A stretch of 56,787 nt of DNA from Roseburia sp. AF12-17LB (GTDB lineage Bacteria > Bacillota > Clostridia > Oscillospirales > Acutalibacteraceae): contig CAVALG010000037.1 in assembly GCA_963589585.1 (NCBI GenBank), positions 1 through 56,787 on the forward strand, given 5' to 3'. The translations under genes and the position numbers were made by a program. Below the pieces are notes generated by a model. It did no database searches, was not told the origin of the DNA, and worked only from the letters and a program-made list of their open reading frames with translations. Shown piece after piece: positions 1 to 8,237 of the stretch (within the stretch, counting starts at the first letter, position 1; each line of letters opens with the position of its first letter).

Positions 1-844
1 TCATTATAACCTCGGTATGGTCGCTGCCGATATAATCCGCAACCTGTTTGGCATATTTAAGGTCAATTGCGTCCTCGCTCATACCTATGGCAAAGGTGCG
101 TATGGGCTTTTCAGACCTCTTTTGCGCTATGGCGCACACAAGCGATGAATCCAATCCGCCCGAAAGCAGGAAGCCTACCTTTGCATCGGATACCAGGCGT
201 TTATCCACACCGGCAACCAATTTATCGTGAATGTTCCTGCAAACGGTATCCAAATCGTCATGGCAAACTTTATCTACCGCCGCAATATCGCGGTAGCAGA
301 CAAACTTGCCGCCTTTATAATAATGCCCCGGAGGGAACGGCATAATTTTTTTGCAAAGACCGACAAGGTTTTTCGGTTCGCTTGCAAAAACAACAGCATC
401 TTTTTTATCATAACCGTAATAAAGCGGACGAATACCTATCGGGTCGCGGGCGGCGATAAATTCTTTAGCCTCGCCGTCATATATTATCATGGCAAACTCG
501 GCGTCCAGCATTGCGAACATATCCGTGCCGTACTCGCGGTACATAGGCAAAAGTATCTCGCAGTCCGAGCCGCTTTTAAACTCATATTTTTTTGCAAGTT
601 CCGCCTTGATTTTTTCAAACCCGTATATTTCGCCGTTGCAAACAACATAACTGTCGCCCAGGCGGAAAGGCTGCATCCCTTCGGGAGTCAGCCCCATAAT
701 TGCAAGGCGGTGAAACCCTAAAATGCCGCTGCCCGTATCAACAATCCGGCTGTCGTCCGGACCGCGTGATACGGTTTTTAAAAATCCTTTTTTAAATTCT
801 TTAATCGCTGCTGCTTTATCGCAATAACCCATAATTGAACACAT
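1..844 (-). CDS. asnB: Asparagine synthase (glutamine-hydrolysing), N-terminal ~281 codons; the 3' end lies outside the window
   Basis: My reverse-strand translation from ATG 844..842 reads MCSIMGYCDKAAAIKEFKKGFLKTVSRGPDDSRIVDTGSGILGFHRLAIMGL...FLLSGGLDSSLV. It has the Cys2 Ntn-amidotransferase start and an SGGLDSS PP-loop. SD GGAGGA lies ~7 nt upstream. It is absent from the ORF track because it runs off the edge. Confidence 0.85.
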   Translation of the reverse strand, partial: MCSIMGYCDKAAAIKEFKKGFLKTVSRGPDDSRIVDTGSGILGFHRLAIMGLTPEGMQPFRLGDSYVVCNGEIYGFEKIKAELAKKYEFKSGSDCEILLPMYREYGTDMFAMLDAEFAMIIYDGEAKEFIAARDPIGIRPLYYGYDKKDAVVFASEPKNLVGLCKKIMPFPPGHYYKGGKFVCYRDIAAVDKVCHDDLDTVCRNIHDKLVAGVDKRLVSDAKVGFLLSGGLDSSLVCAIAQKRSEKPIRTFAIGMSEDAIDLKYAKQVADYIGSDHTEVIM

Positions 845-849
845 AATAA

Positions 850-1102
850 ATTCCTCCGATATATTTCAGCTTTCAATAGGGCAAGCGCTGTAGCTCGCGG
901 TACCACCTATCTTTTTTCTTCATTCGGCCTCATTGAAATAAGGCTTATCCCCTGTAACGGTGGGTCTCCGTCTTCCCTACTGCGGCTTGTTTGCCTTTTC
1001 GGGTTGCGGCTTATCGGGTGTTATTCACCGTATCCGACGTATGCGGCTCACACCGTTCCGCACTCGCTTTGACTGTTAAAATACGGTTACTTCTCCCGAC
1101 TC
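850..1102 (-). promoter_or_regulatory. T-box leader RNA upstream of asnB, putative Asn (AAC) specifier
   Basis: The minus strand carries the canonical T-box sequence GGTGGTACCGCG (896..907). Stem I has AGTA/GAA S-turn elements, an AGCGA bulge and a 7-bp ACCGTAT/ATACGGT helix. The specifier loop is GAAUAACA, with AAC (1022..1020) followed by a purine next to the helix. I could not find a canonical terminator. Confidence 0.7.
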
Positions 1103-1124
1103 AAATGCCTTTATTATGCCCAAA

Positions 1125-1156
1125 TGCGGGGCGCAGTGTTTACGCCTGCGCTCCGC
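1125..1156 (-). terminator. Hairpin after the amt-PII gene
   Basis: Minus strand: GCGGAGCGCAG-gcgtaaaca-CTGCGCCCCGC (10 of 11 bp) followed by ATTTGGG. The U tract is weak. Confidence 0.45.
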
Positions 1157-1175
1157 TTTTGCATTATCAAACTGA

Positions 1176-2894
1176 TTATTCTACATCCTGAAGCGCATCA
1201 TACCCCTCTTCACCGGTACGGACTTTTATGACATTTTCAACATCATAAACAAATATCTTGCCGTCGCCGATGTGACCCGTGTAAAGTACTTTCTTTGCGG
1301 TATCAATAACGCTCTGAACAGGAACTTTTGAAACAACTATATCAACCTGAACCTTAGGCAGGAGGTTGGTTTCAACCTGAACGCCTCGGTAATATTCGGG
1401 TTTACCTTTCTGCTGACCGTAACCCATTACGTGAGATACCGTCATACCGGTAATACCGAGGGTGCTCATTGCGGCTTTAAGCGCATAGAGTTTTTCTTCT
1501 TTGCAGACTATTTCGACCTTCGTAAACTTAGGTGTTGTTCCGTCGCTGAAAGCGGGAACTTTCTTGACCGTAACCGCTTCGGCAACCGGTGTATCTCCCG
1601 TAACCGCAGGAACAGGTTCATCCTCACCGTCAACATATTCTTCGGGGACGGTTGCAAAGCCCGCGTATGCGGTAAGCAAGCCGTGTTCCGAAACATCAAG
1701 ACCTGCGATTTCTTCTTCGGGCGTTACGCGAAGCCCTATTGTATGTTTAATTATAAAGAATACAATTGTGATAATAACAGCGACATATACGGCTACCGAA
1801 ACAACGCCAAGCGCCTGAACACCCAAAAAGTGCCATCCGCCGCCGTAAAAAAGTCCTTTTTCGGTAGTAACTCCCGTGGCGAACAGCCCCGTGAGTATTG
1901 TTCCGACCGAGCCGCAAACACCGTGAACCGATATCGCTCCCACAGGGTCGTCAACCTTGGCTACTTTATCAAAGAACTCAACGGCAAGAACGATAAGGAT
2001 GCCGAACACAACGCCCATTATTGCCGCGCCGAGCGGAGATATCGCGTCGCACCCTGCCGTTACGCCTACAAGACCCGCAAGAGCCGCATTATATGTCATA
2101 GAAACATCAGGCTTTTTGTATCTTATCCAGGTAAAGATAAGGGTTGTGCAGCAGGCAACCGCGGCAGACATATTGGTGTTGAAGAAAATGCGTCCGGCTG
2201 ATTTCACGGCAGCGTCGCTGTCCATTGCAACGGTTGAAGCGCCGTTGAAACCGAACCAGCAGAACCAAAGAATAAACACGCCGAGTGCGGCAAATGTAAG
2301 GTTGTGACCGAGTATTGCTCTCGGTTTGCCTTTTTTGTCGTATTTACCGATTCTGGGCCCTAAGTATGCCGCGCCGATCAGAGCGCATATACCGCCAACC
2401 ATATGTACCGCGGTAGAACCCGCAAAATCGTGGAAACCGAGTTCGGCGAGCCAACCGCCGCCCCATATCCAGTGACCGGAAATAGGATAAATTATAAGCG
2501 AAATTGCAGCCGAATAAACACAGTAAGCACTGAATTTAGTTCTTTCCGCCATTGCGCCCGAAACTATTGTTGCGGAGGTTGCACAGAAAACGGTCTGGAA
2601 GATCGCATACGCCCAAAGCGGAACGCCTGCCGGCAATATGCTGCTGTAATCTTTACATATCATCGGGTCGATCCACCCGAAAAGCGCTGTACCCGTACCG
2701 AACATTATTCCGTAGCCGAAAAGCCAGAAACAAGGCGTGCCGATACAGAAGTCCATAAGGTTTTTCATAAGGATGTTACCGGTATTTTTGGCTCTTGTAA
2801 AACCGGCTTCGCACATTGAGAAGCCCGCCTGCATAAAGAACACCAACGCTGCACCGAGCAGCACCCATATCGTGTTTACCGAACTTAAAGTCAT
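1176..2894 (-). CDS. amt: Ammonium transporter (Amt/MEP) fused to a C-terminal PII (GlnB/GlnK) domain
   Basis: 572-aa ORF. The N-terminal ~400 aa are a multi-TM Amt (AGFSMCEAGFTRAKN, FHDFAGSTAVHMVGG). An acidic/Pro linker follows. The last ~112 aa are a complete PII fold (KVEIVCKEEKL...GMTVSHVMGYGQQKGKPEYYRG...GDGKIFVYDVENVIKVRTGE). SD AGGAGGAG lies upstream, 17 nt after the glnN stop. Confidence 0.9.
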   Translation of the reverse strand: MTLSSVNTIWVLLGAALVFFMQAGFSMCEAGFTRAKNTGNILMKNLMDFCIGTPCFWLFGYGIMFGTGTALFGWIDPMICKDYSSILPAGVPLWAYAIFQTVFCATSATIVSGAMAERTKFSAYCVYSAAISLIIYPISGHWIWGGGWLAELGFHDFAGSTAVHMVGGICALIGAAYLGPRIGKYDKKGKPRAILGHNLTFAALGVFILWFCWFGFNGASTVAMDSDAAVKSAGRIFFNTNMSAAVACCTTLIFTWIRYKKPDVSMTYNAALAGLVGVTAGCDAISPLGAAIMGVVFGILIVLAVEFFDKVAKVDDPVGAISVHGVCGSVGTILTGLFATGVTTEKGLFYGGGWHFLGVQALGVVSVAVYVAVIITIVFFIIKHTIGLRVTPEEEIAGLDVSEHGLLTAYAGFATVPEEYVDGEDEPVPAVTGDTPVAEAVTVKKVPAFSDGTTPKFTKVEIVCKEEKLYALKAAMSTLGITGMTVSHVMGYGQQKGKPEYYRGVQVETNLLPKVQVDIVVSKVPVQSVIDTAKKVLYTGHIGDGKIFVYDVENVIKVRTGEEGYDALQDVE

Positions 2895-2911
2895 TTTTTA
2901 CTCCTCCTTTT

Positions 2912-5008
2912 TTATTTCACGCTGAACAGCAGTTTTTCATAGGTCGGGAACGGCCAGTATTTTTCGGCTGTGAGCGTTTCTGCCTCATCACATACAACAC
3001 GAAGTTCAGCCATTTTTTGCAATACTTCATCGCGTGTCATATTTGCGGCTTCGGTTATATCCTCAACCGTCCGGTACTTGATAAGCACATCTTCAAGCGC
3101 TGTAACGGCGTCGTAGATTTCATCGGTAAGGGTTGAAAGTTTAAGTATAACCGTCTTTTCGTATTTAGCGCCTGCGCCGGGCACTACCGAGGTTTTAACG
3201 GCACAGGTGTCTGCAAGCGCTTTAACATATTCCTCAATTGCGGGAATTATCTGTTTTTTCGCCATATCCACCATTGTTAAAGCCTCAATGTTAACGGTCT
3301 TGCAATAGTTATCAAGCATTATTTCATAACGCGATTCTATTTCGGGAACCGAGAACACCTTGTGCGCGGTAAGCATATCAACATTCTTTTTATCAAGAAG
3401 TTTCGGCAGCGCATCGGGTGTTGTACGCAGGTTGAGCAAACCTCTTTTTTCGGTTGCTTCCTTGATCCACGCGTCATCATAACCGTTACCGTTAAATATA
3501 ATGCGTTTGTGGTCTTTAATGGTTTTCTTGATCATATCATGAAGGGCAACTTCAAAATCTTCCGCTTTTTCAAGCCTGTCTGCATAAATTTTAAGAGATT
3601 CCGCAACCGCGGCGTTAAGCATTATGTTCGCGCAGGCAATACTGTTTGAAGAACCGAGCATTCTGAACTCAAACTTATTACCGGTAAAGGCAAACGGCGA
3701 AGTGCGGTTACGGTCGGTGTTGTCCTTCGTGAATTTAGGCAATACGTGAACACCCAGTTTCATAACCGTTTTTTCGGTTCCGCTGTACGGAATGTCCTTC
3801 TCTATTGCGTCAAGCACTGCGGTAAGTTCATCGCCGAGGAACATTGAAATAACCGCCGGAGGCGCCTCGTTAGCACCCAATCTGTGGTCGTTCCCCGCTG
3901 TTGCAACGGACAGTCTTAACAGATCCTGATAATCGTCTACCGCTTTAATGACCGCGCACAGAAAGAGCAGGAACTGCGCGTTCTCGTACGGTGTTTCACC
4001 GGGGGTAAGGAGGTTTACTCCGGTATCGGTGGCAATTGACCAGTTGTTGTGTTTACCGCTGCCGTTTACACCCGCAAAAGGTTTTTCGTGAAGCAGGCAA
4101 ACCATACCGTGCTTTGCCGCAACCTTTTGCATTATCTCCATTGTCAGCTGGTTGTGGTCGGTTGCTATGTTGGTGGTGGAATATATGGGCGCTAACTCGT
4201 GCTGCGCCGGCGCAACCTCGTTATGTTCTGTTTTTGCAAGTATTCCGAGTTTCCATAATTCCTCGTTAAGATCCGCCATGTAAGCCGCGACCCTCGGCTT
4301 AATAACGCCGAAATAGTGGTCGTCAAGTTCCTGTCCCTTTGGCGGCTTTGCACCGAACAAAGTCCTGCCGGTAAGTTTAAGGTCTTCCCTTTTTTCGTAA
4401 ACTTCTTTATCAACAAGGAAATATTCCTGTTCCGGTCCTACGGAAGTGCGAACGCATTTTACATCGGTATTGCCGAACAGTTTAAGAATACGCATTGCCT
4501 GCTTGCTGAGCGCCTCCATTGAACGAAGCAGCGGCGTTTTTTTATCAAGCGCCTCACCGCCGTAGGAACAGAACGCAGTAGGTATACAAAGGGTTTTATC
4601 CTTTATAAATGCGTATGAAGTCGGGTCCCATGCGGTATAACCCCTTGCCTCAAACGTAGCCCTGAGTCCGCCTGACGGAAAAGACGATGCGTCCGGTTCC
4701 CCTTTAATAAGTTCTTTGCCCGAAAACTCCATAAGCACCCTGCCGTCGGGAGCCGGCGAAATGAAACTGTCGTGTTTTTCGGCGGTAATTCCGGTAAGCG
4801 GTTGGAACCAATGGGTAAAATGCGTTGCACCGTGAGCAACCGCCCATTCTTTCATAGCCTCGGCAACGGCGTTGGCAACATCGGTCTTTAAACTTGCGCC
4901 TTCGTCTATCGTCTTTTTAAGCGACTTGTAAACGTCGGCTGACAAATTGGCTTTCATCACCCTGTCGTCAAATACCAAACTTCCGAAATAATCAGATACT
5001 GTTTTCAT
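2912..5008 (-). CDS. glnN: Glutamine synthetase, type III
   Basis: 698-aa ORF. The length and the N-terminus [19 protein letters not shown]... are typical of GS-III. SD AAGGAG lies upstream. Confidence 0.9.
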   Translation of the reverse strand: MKTVSDYFGSLVFDDRVMKANLSADVYKSLKKTIDEGASLKTDVANAVAEAMKEWAVAHGATHFTHWFQPLTGITAEKHDSFISPAPDGRVLMEFSGKELIKGEPDASSFPSGGLRATFEARGYTAWDPTSYAFIKDKTLCIPTAFCSYGGEALDKKTPLLRSMEALSKQAMRILKLFGNTDVKCVRTSVGPEQEYFLVDKEVYEKREDLKLTGRTLFGAKPPKGQELDDHYFGVIKPRVAAYMADLNEELWKLGILAKTEHNEVAPAQHELAPIYSTTNIATDHNQLTMEIMQKVAAKHGMVCLLHEKPFAGVNGSGKHNNWSIATDTGVNLLTPGETPYENAQFLLFLCAVIKAVDDYQDLLRLSVATAGNDHRLGANEAPPAVISMFLGDELTAVLDAIEKDIPYSGTEKTVMKLGVHVLPKFTKDNTDRNRTSPFAFTGNKFEFRMLGSSNSIACANIMLNAAVAESLKIYADRLEKAEDFEVALHDMIKKTIKDHKRIIFNGNGYDDAWIKEATEKRGLLNLRTTPDALPKLLDKKNVDMLTAHKVFSVPEIESRYEIMLDNYCKTVNIEALTMVDMAKKQIIPAIEEYVKALADTCAVKTSVVPGAGAKYEKTVILKLSTLTDEIYDAVTALEDVLIKYRTVEDITEAANMTRDEVLQKMAELRVVCDEAETLTAEKYWPFPTYEKLLFSVK

Positions 5009-5032
5009 TTGCTTTCACTCCTTAAATACAAA

Positions 5033-5087
5033 GCGGGGCAACGGGTCTTAGGGATAAAATATCCGTCCAAGACTCCGTTGCCCTGCT
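5033..5087 (-). promoter_or_regulatory. Terminator-like leader hairpin immediately upstream of the glnN SD
   Basis: Minus strand: GCAGGGCAACGG-A-GTCTTGG ... CC-T-AAGAC-C-CCGTTGCCCCGC, a stem of ~18 bp, followed by TTTGTATTTAAGGAG. It lies inside the ~160-nt leader predicted from the promoter at 5178..5206. Confidence 0.45.
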
Positions 5088-5177
5088 TCAATTTTATTTA
5101 ATTAAAATAGATTTAAAATACAAAAGGCGCCTGACAGTTCTGCCGAACTTCAAGACGCCCTTGCCTTTATGTTGGCT

Positions 5178-5206
5178 ATTATACATTTGCCTGCCGTGTT
5201 TGTCAA
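5178..5206 (-). promoter_or_regulatory. Sigma-A-type promoter for glnN (TTGACA-17-TATAAT)
   Basis: Minus strand has TTGACA (5206..5201), a 17-nt spacer and TATAAT (5183..5178). Both hexamers are perfect consensus. Confidence 0.55.
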
Positions 5207-5294
5207 GATGTTTTTAAAATTTTGTCATAATTTAACCGTACAGCCTGAAATTACGCAATTTTTTGTTAAATATAAATAAAATAGACTGTTTTCT

Positions 5295-5323
5295 TTGACT
5301 TTTACGCTTTAATATGTTAAAAT
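5295..5323 (+). promoter_or_regulatory. Sigma-A-type promoter for the yerC-like operon (TTGACT-17-TAAAAT)
   Basis: TTGACT at 5295..5300, 17-nt spacer, TAAAAT at 5318..5323, ~40 nt before the start codon. Confidence 0.5.
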
Positions 5324-5362
5324 GTACGGGTGATATGAATAATTTAAGAGGTGATATTAAAA

Positions 5363-5668
5363 ATGGAAGCAGATGAAAGCAAAAACGCAAAATTACTGTA
5401 CAAAGCGGTTCTTACTCTTGAAACCGAGGAAGATTGCAAAGCATTTTTTGAAGATGTTTGCACAATTAAAGAAGTTCAGTCGATAGCACAGCGTTTTGCC
5501 GTTGCGAAAATGCTTATAGACGGCAAGGTGTATAATGATATTGCCGCAAAAACAGGTGCCAGCACCGCGACTATAAGCCGCGTCAGCCGCGCTTTGTTTT
5601 ACGGAAACAACGCCTATACAAAGGCATTCGGCAAAATGGCGGAACAGAATAAAGAGGATAATAAATGA
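5363..5668 (+). CDS. TrpR-like YerC/YecD family protein
   Basis: MEADESKNAKLLYKAVLTLETEEDCKAFFEDVCTIKEVQSIAQRFAVAKML...ATISRVSRAL. I placed the start at ATG 5363 (SD AGAGGTG 8 nt upstream) rather than the GTG at 5351 in the track. Confidence 0.75.
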   Translation: MEADESKNAKLLYKAVLTLETEEDCKAFFEDVCTIKEVQSIAQRFAVAKMLIDGKVYNDIAAKTGASTATISRVSRALFYGNNAYTKAFGKMAEQNKEDNK

Positions 5669-6417
5669 GTTACAATGTTCTTGCAAATTATTATGACAGT
5701 ATGACCGATGATATGGAGTATGAGCGGCGTGCCGAATATATGTTGAGCCTGTTTTTGAAATATGACCGTGAACCTACCGTACTGCTGGACGCAGCCTGCG
5801 GAACAGGCGCTTTTTCGCTCATTTTTGCCGAACGCGGAATGTACGTTGCCGGCGTTGATGTATCGTCCGATATGTTGGCAGGGGCGCAAAGAAAGGCAGA
5901 TTATGTACAGGAAGAGAACGTTATGTTTTTGTGCCAACCGCTGCAAAGACTTAAACTTCACGGAACGGTGGACGGCGCGATTTGCTGCATAGACAGCCTC
6001 AACCATATAGTCAGGGCTGACATCCTAAAAAAAGCATTTGAAAGAATAGCCTTGTTTTTGGAACCCGGGCGGCTTTTTATTTTTGACGTAAACACCGAAT
6101 ACAAGCACAGGCACATCTTATCGGGTCAATGCTTTACAGCCGAAGACTATAAAACGCTTTGCGTCTGGCAATGTTCGGAATGTAACAAAAACGGCGTTGT
6201 GGAAATATATCTTGATTTTTTCACGGAACTTGAAAACGGACTTTACAAAAGGCAGAGCGAAGATTTCAAAGAGCGAGCCTACAGCGTGGACGAATTAAAA
6301 CAAATGCTCAGCGAGGCAGGGCTTGAAACAGTGGCTGTGCTTGGCGATATGTCATACAAAAAGCCCAAAGAGGATGAGCAGCGGATTTATTTTGTTACAA
6401 GAAGATCGGTACAGTAA
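5665..6417 (+). CDS. Class I SAM-dependent methyltransferase
   Basis: 250-aa ORF with the LLDAACGTGAFS SAM-binding motif. ATGA overlap with the upstream gene. Confidence 0.75.
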   Translation: MSYNVLANYYDSMTDDMEYERRAEYMLSLFLKYDREPTVLLDAACGTGAFSLIFAERGMYVAGVDVSSDMLAGAQRKADYVQEENVMFLCQPLQRLKLHGTVDGAICCIDSLNHIVRADILKKAFERIALFLEPGRLFIFDVNTEYKHRHILSGQCFTAEDYKTLCVWQCSECNKNGVVEIYLDFFTELENGLYKRQSEDFKERAYSVDELKQMLSEAGLETVAVLGDMSYKKPKEDEQRIYFVTRRSVQ

Positions 6418-6446
6418 TTAATGATTTATAAATCGGGAGAAAGACA

Positions 6447-7343
6447 ATGGGAAAACTTATAAGATGTATAACAAGCGACGGTGCGGTTGCGGTTACGGCA
6501 ATAGACTCCACCGACATTGTAAATAAAGCCGAACAGATACATAAAACGAGCGCGGTCGTAACCGCTGCTTTGGGCAGACTTTTAACGGCTGCAAGTATGA
6601 TGGGCGCAGCTTTAAAGACCAAAGACGGCAGCATTACCGTGCGTGTGTCGGGCGGCGGACCGGCAGGCAGCGTAATTGCCGTATCGGACGCTGACGGCAA
6701 CGTGCGCGGATATGTCCAAAACTCCGTGGTTGAATTGCCGCTTAACGCCAAGGGGAAACTTGATGTGGGCAGTGCAGTGGGTAAGGACGGCACATTGTAC
6801 GTAATAAAGGATTTAGGACTTGATAAGCCGTATAACGGTCAGGTTCCGCTGGTTTCGGGCGAAATTGCCGAAGATATAACTTCATATTACGCCCTGAGTG
6901 AACAGATACCCACCGTCTGCGCGCTCGGCGTTCTTGTAAACCCCGACCTTACGGTTAAGGCAGAAGGCGGCTACATTATACAACTGCTTCCCGGCGCCGA
7001 CGACGCAACGATCGACAAACTTGAAAAAGGTCTGGAAGGCGTGCCGCCCGTTACCGAAATGCTGAGCAGCGGTAAAACCCCGAAGGAAATAGTTGAAATT
7101 GCGCTTGGAACTTTCGATACCGAGGTTCTTTATGAACAAGAGGTATCATATAAATGTAATTGCAGCCGCGCAAGGGTCGAGCGTGCATTGGTCGGCGTCG
7201 GCCGTAAGGAACTCGGAAAAATGATTGAAGAGGACGGCGGGGCTGATGTTTCCTGCCATTTTTGCAACAGGTCTTATCATTTTGACGCGCGCGACCTTGA
7301 AACCCTGTTGAAAAAGAGTTGTGCTCAACAGAAACAACACTAA
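6447..7343 (+). CDS. hslO: Redox-regulated chaperone Hsp33
   Basis: 298 aa with the C-terminal zinc centre CNCSRARV...CHFCNRSY characteristic of Hsp33. Confidence 0.9.
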   Translation: MGKLIRCITSDGAVAVTAIDSTDIVNKAEQIHKTSAVVTAALGRLLTAASMMGAALKTKDGSITVRVSGGGPAGSVIAVSDADGNVRGYVQNSVVELPLNAKGKLDVGSAVGKDGTLYVIKDLGLDKPYNGQVPLVSGEIAEDITSYYALSEQIPTVCALGVLVNPDLTVKAEGGYIIQLLPGADDATIDKLEKGLEGVPPVTEMLSSGKTPKEIVEIALGTFDTEVLYEQEVSYKCNCSRARVERALVGVGRKELGKMIEEDGGADVSCHFCNRSYHFDARDLETLLKKSCAQQKQH

Positions 7344-7382
7344 GATCAATTTTAAATATTTTGAATTTTTTTAAAAAAAGTA

Positions 7383-7411
7383 TTGACAAATATGATATGG
7401 TATGATAATAT
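7383..7411 (+). promoter_or_regulatory. Promoter of the tRNA cluster (TTGACA-17-TAATAT) with an A/T-rich UP-like tract
   Basis: TTGACA at 7383..7388, 17-nt spacer, TAATAT at 7406..7411. It is preceded by tttaaatattttgaatttttttaaaaaaag. Confidence 0.55.
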
Positions 7412-7450
7412 AATCAAGTCGCTAACGGAAGCATCCGGGTGGCACGGTGT

Positions 7451-7526
7451 GGGAGCATAGCTCAGCTGGGAGAGCATCTGCCTTACAAGCAGAGGGTCAC
7501 AGGTTCGAGCCCTGTTGTTCCCACCA
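7451..7526 (+). tRNA. tRNA-Val (anticodon TAC), CCA encoded
   Basis: Cloverleaf read by eye: acceptor GGGAGCA/TGTTCCC, anticodon loop CTTACAA, T-loop GGTTCGAGCC, 3' ACCA. Confidence 0.9.
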
Positions 7527-7528
7527 AT

Positions 7529-7605
7529 GGCCTGGTAGTTCAGCTGGTTAGAACGCTAGCCTGTCACGCTAGAGGTCGTGGGTTCGAGCCCCATCCAGGT
7601 CGCCA
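7529..7605 (+). tRNA. tRNA-Asp (anticodon GTC), CCA encoded
   Basis: Acceptor GGCCTGG/CCAGGTC, anticodon loop CTGTCAC, T-loop GGTTCGAGCC, 3' GCCA. Confidence 0.9.
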
Positions 7606-7608
7606 AAT

Positions 7609-7684
<76 letters not shown>

Positions 7685-7689
7685 TTTTT

Positions 7690-7765
7690 GCGGATTTAGC
7701 TCATCTGGTAGAGCGCCACCTTGCCAAGGTGGAGGTAGCGAGTTCGAGCCTCGTAATCCGCTCCA
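7690..7765 (+). tRNA. tRNA-Gly (anticodon GCC), CCA encoded
   Basis: Acceptor GCGGATT/AATCCGC, anticodon loop CTTGCCAA context, T-loop AGTTCGAGCC, 3' TCCA. Confidence 0.9.
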
Positions 7766-7769
7766 ATTC

Positions 7770-7805
7770 AAAGGACGCTTAAACTGAAAATTTTAAGCGT
7801 CCTTT
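7770..7805 (+). terminator. 14-bp hairpin between tRNA-Gly and tRNA-Cys
   Basis: AAAGGACGCTTAAA-ctgaaaat-TTTAAGCGTCCTTT. It could be a processing or termination signal. Confidence 0.5.
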
Positions 7806-7819
7806 AATAACAAGTAAAC

Positions 7820-7894
<75 letters not shown>

Positions 7895-7896
7895 TG

Positions 7897-7929
7897 AAAA
7901 AAGCAATTGCAAAGAGCAATTGCTTTTTT
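7897..7929 (+). terminator. Intrinsic (bidirectional-looking) terminator after tRNA-Cys
   Basis: AAAAAAGCAATTGC-aaaga-GCAATTGCTTTTTT. Confidence 0.75.
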
Positions 7930-7930
7930 C

Positions 7931-8105
7931 AGTTATATTCGCCTTACGGCGAGTGATATTGCTGCGCAGTGATATTCGGTTTTTGCCGAGTGGTATTCAC
8001 TTCGCGAGTGTCTGCGCGAATATAATATCACTGTGAGCAAAGCGAACAATATCACTTTTGCCTATGGCTAAAAATATCACGCCGAGCTCGGCTCGGCATA
8101 TCACT
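7931..8105. repeat. Convergent array of a 9-bp box: 4 copies of AGTGATATT-like, then 4 copies of the complement AATATCACT-like
   Basis: Forward boxes: 7931 (agttatatt), 7952 (agtgatatt), 7968 (agtgatatt), 7989 (agtggtatt). Reverse boxes: 8024 (aatatcact), 8048 (aatatcact), 8073 (aatatcacg), 8097 (catatcact). Reverse-box spacing is 24-25 nt. The sequence between boxes is not conserved but is rich in short palindromes. Confidence 0.7.
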
Positions 8106-8237
8106 TGGTTACTTTATCTTATAATATAATAAGTGCTTCGCGCAGTGTAAACGCACATCAGTTATATATTGTGCGATTTCGTCTCGCAGTCACAAAAATA
8201 AAGACACGGTTCTCATCGTGTCTTTATTGTTGATGTT

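Noticed and set aside
48-721. Plus-strand track ORFs 48..230, 67..345 and 227..721
   Set aside because: They lie antisense to a clearly recognisable asnB reading frame (MCSIMGY...SGGLDSS), have no SD and have odd composition. They are shadow ORFs.
1431-2819. Plus-strand ORFs (256 aa, 116 aa, 138 aa and others) inside the amt-PII gene
   Set aside because: They are antisense to a well-supported transporter gene. They are Arg/Cys-rich, as expected from reverse-frame translation, and have no start context.
5009-5170. Glutamine riboswitch or ANTAR dual-hairpin target in the glnN leader
   Set aside because: I could not find the conserved glnA-RNA core. The hairpin loops do not fit the paired hexaloop ANTAR pattern. 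I kept it only as a generic attenuator candidate.
7931-8105. Possible CRISPR array
   Set aside because: The repeats are only 9 bp long, spaced 16-25 nt and present in both orientations. There is no leader and there are no cas genes in the window.
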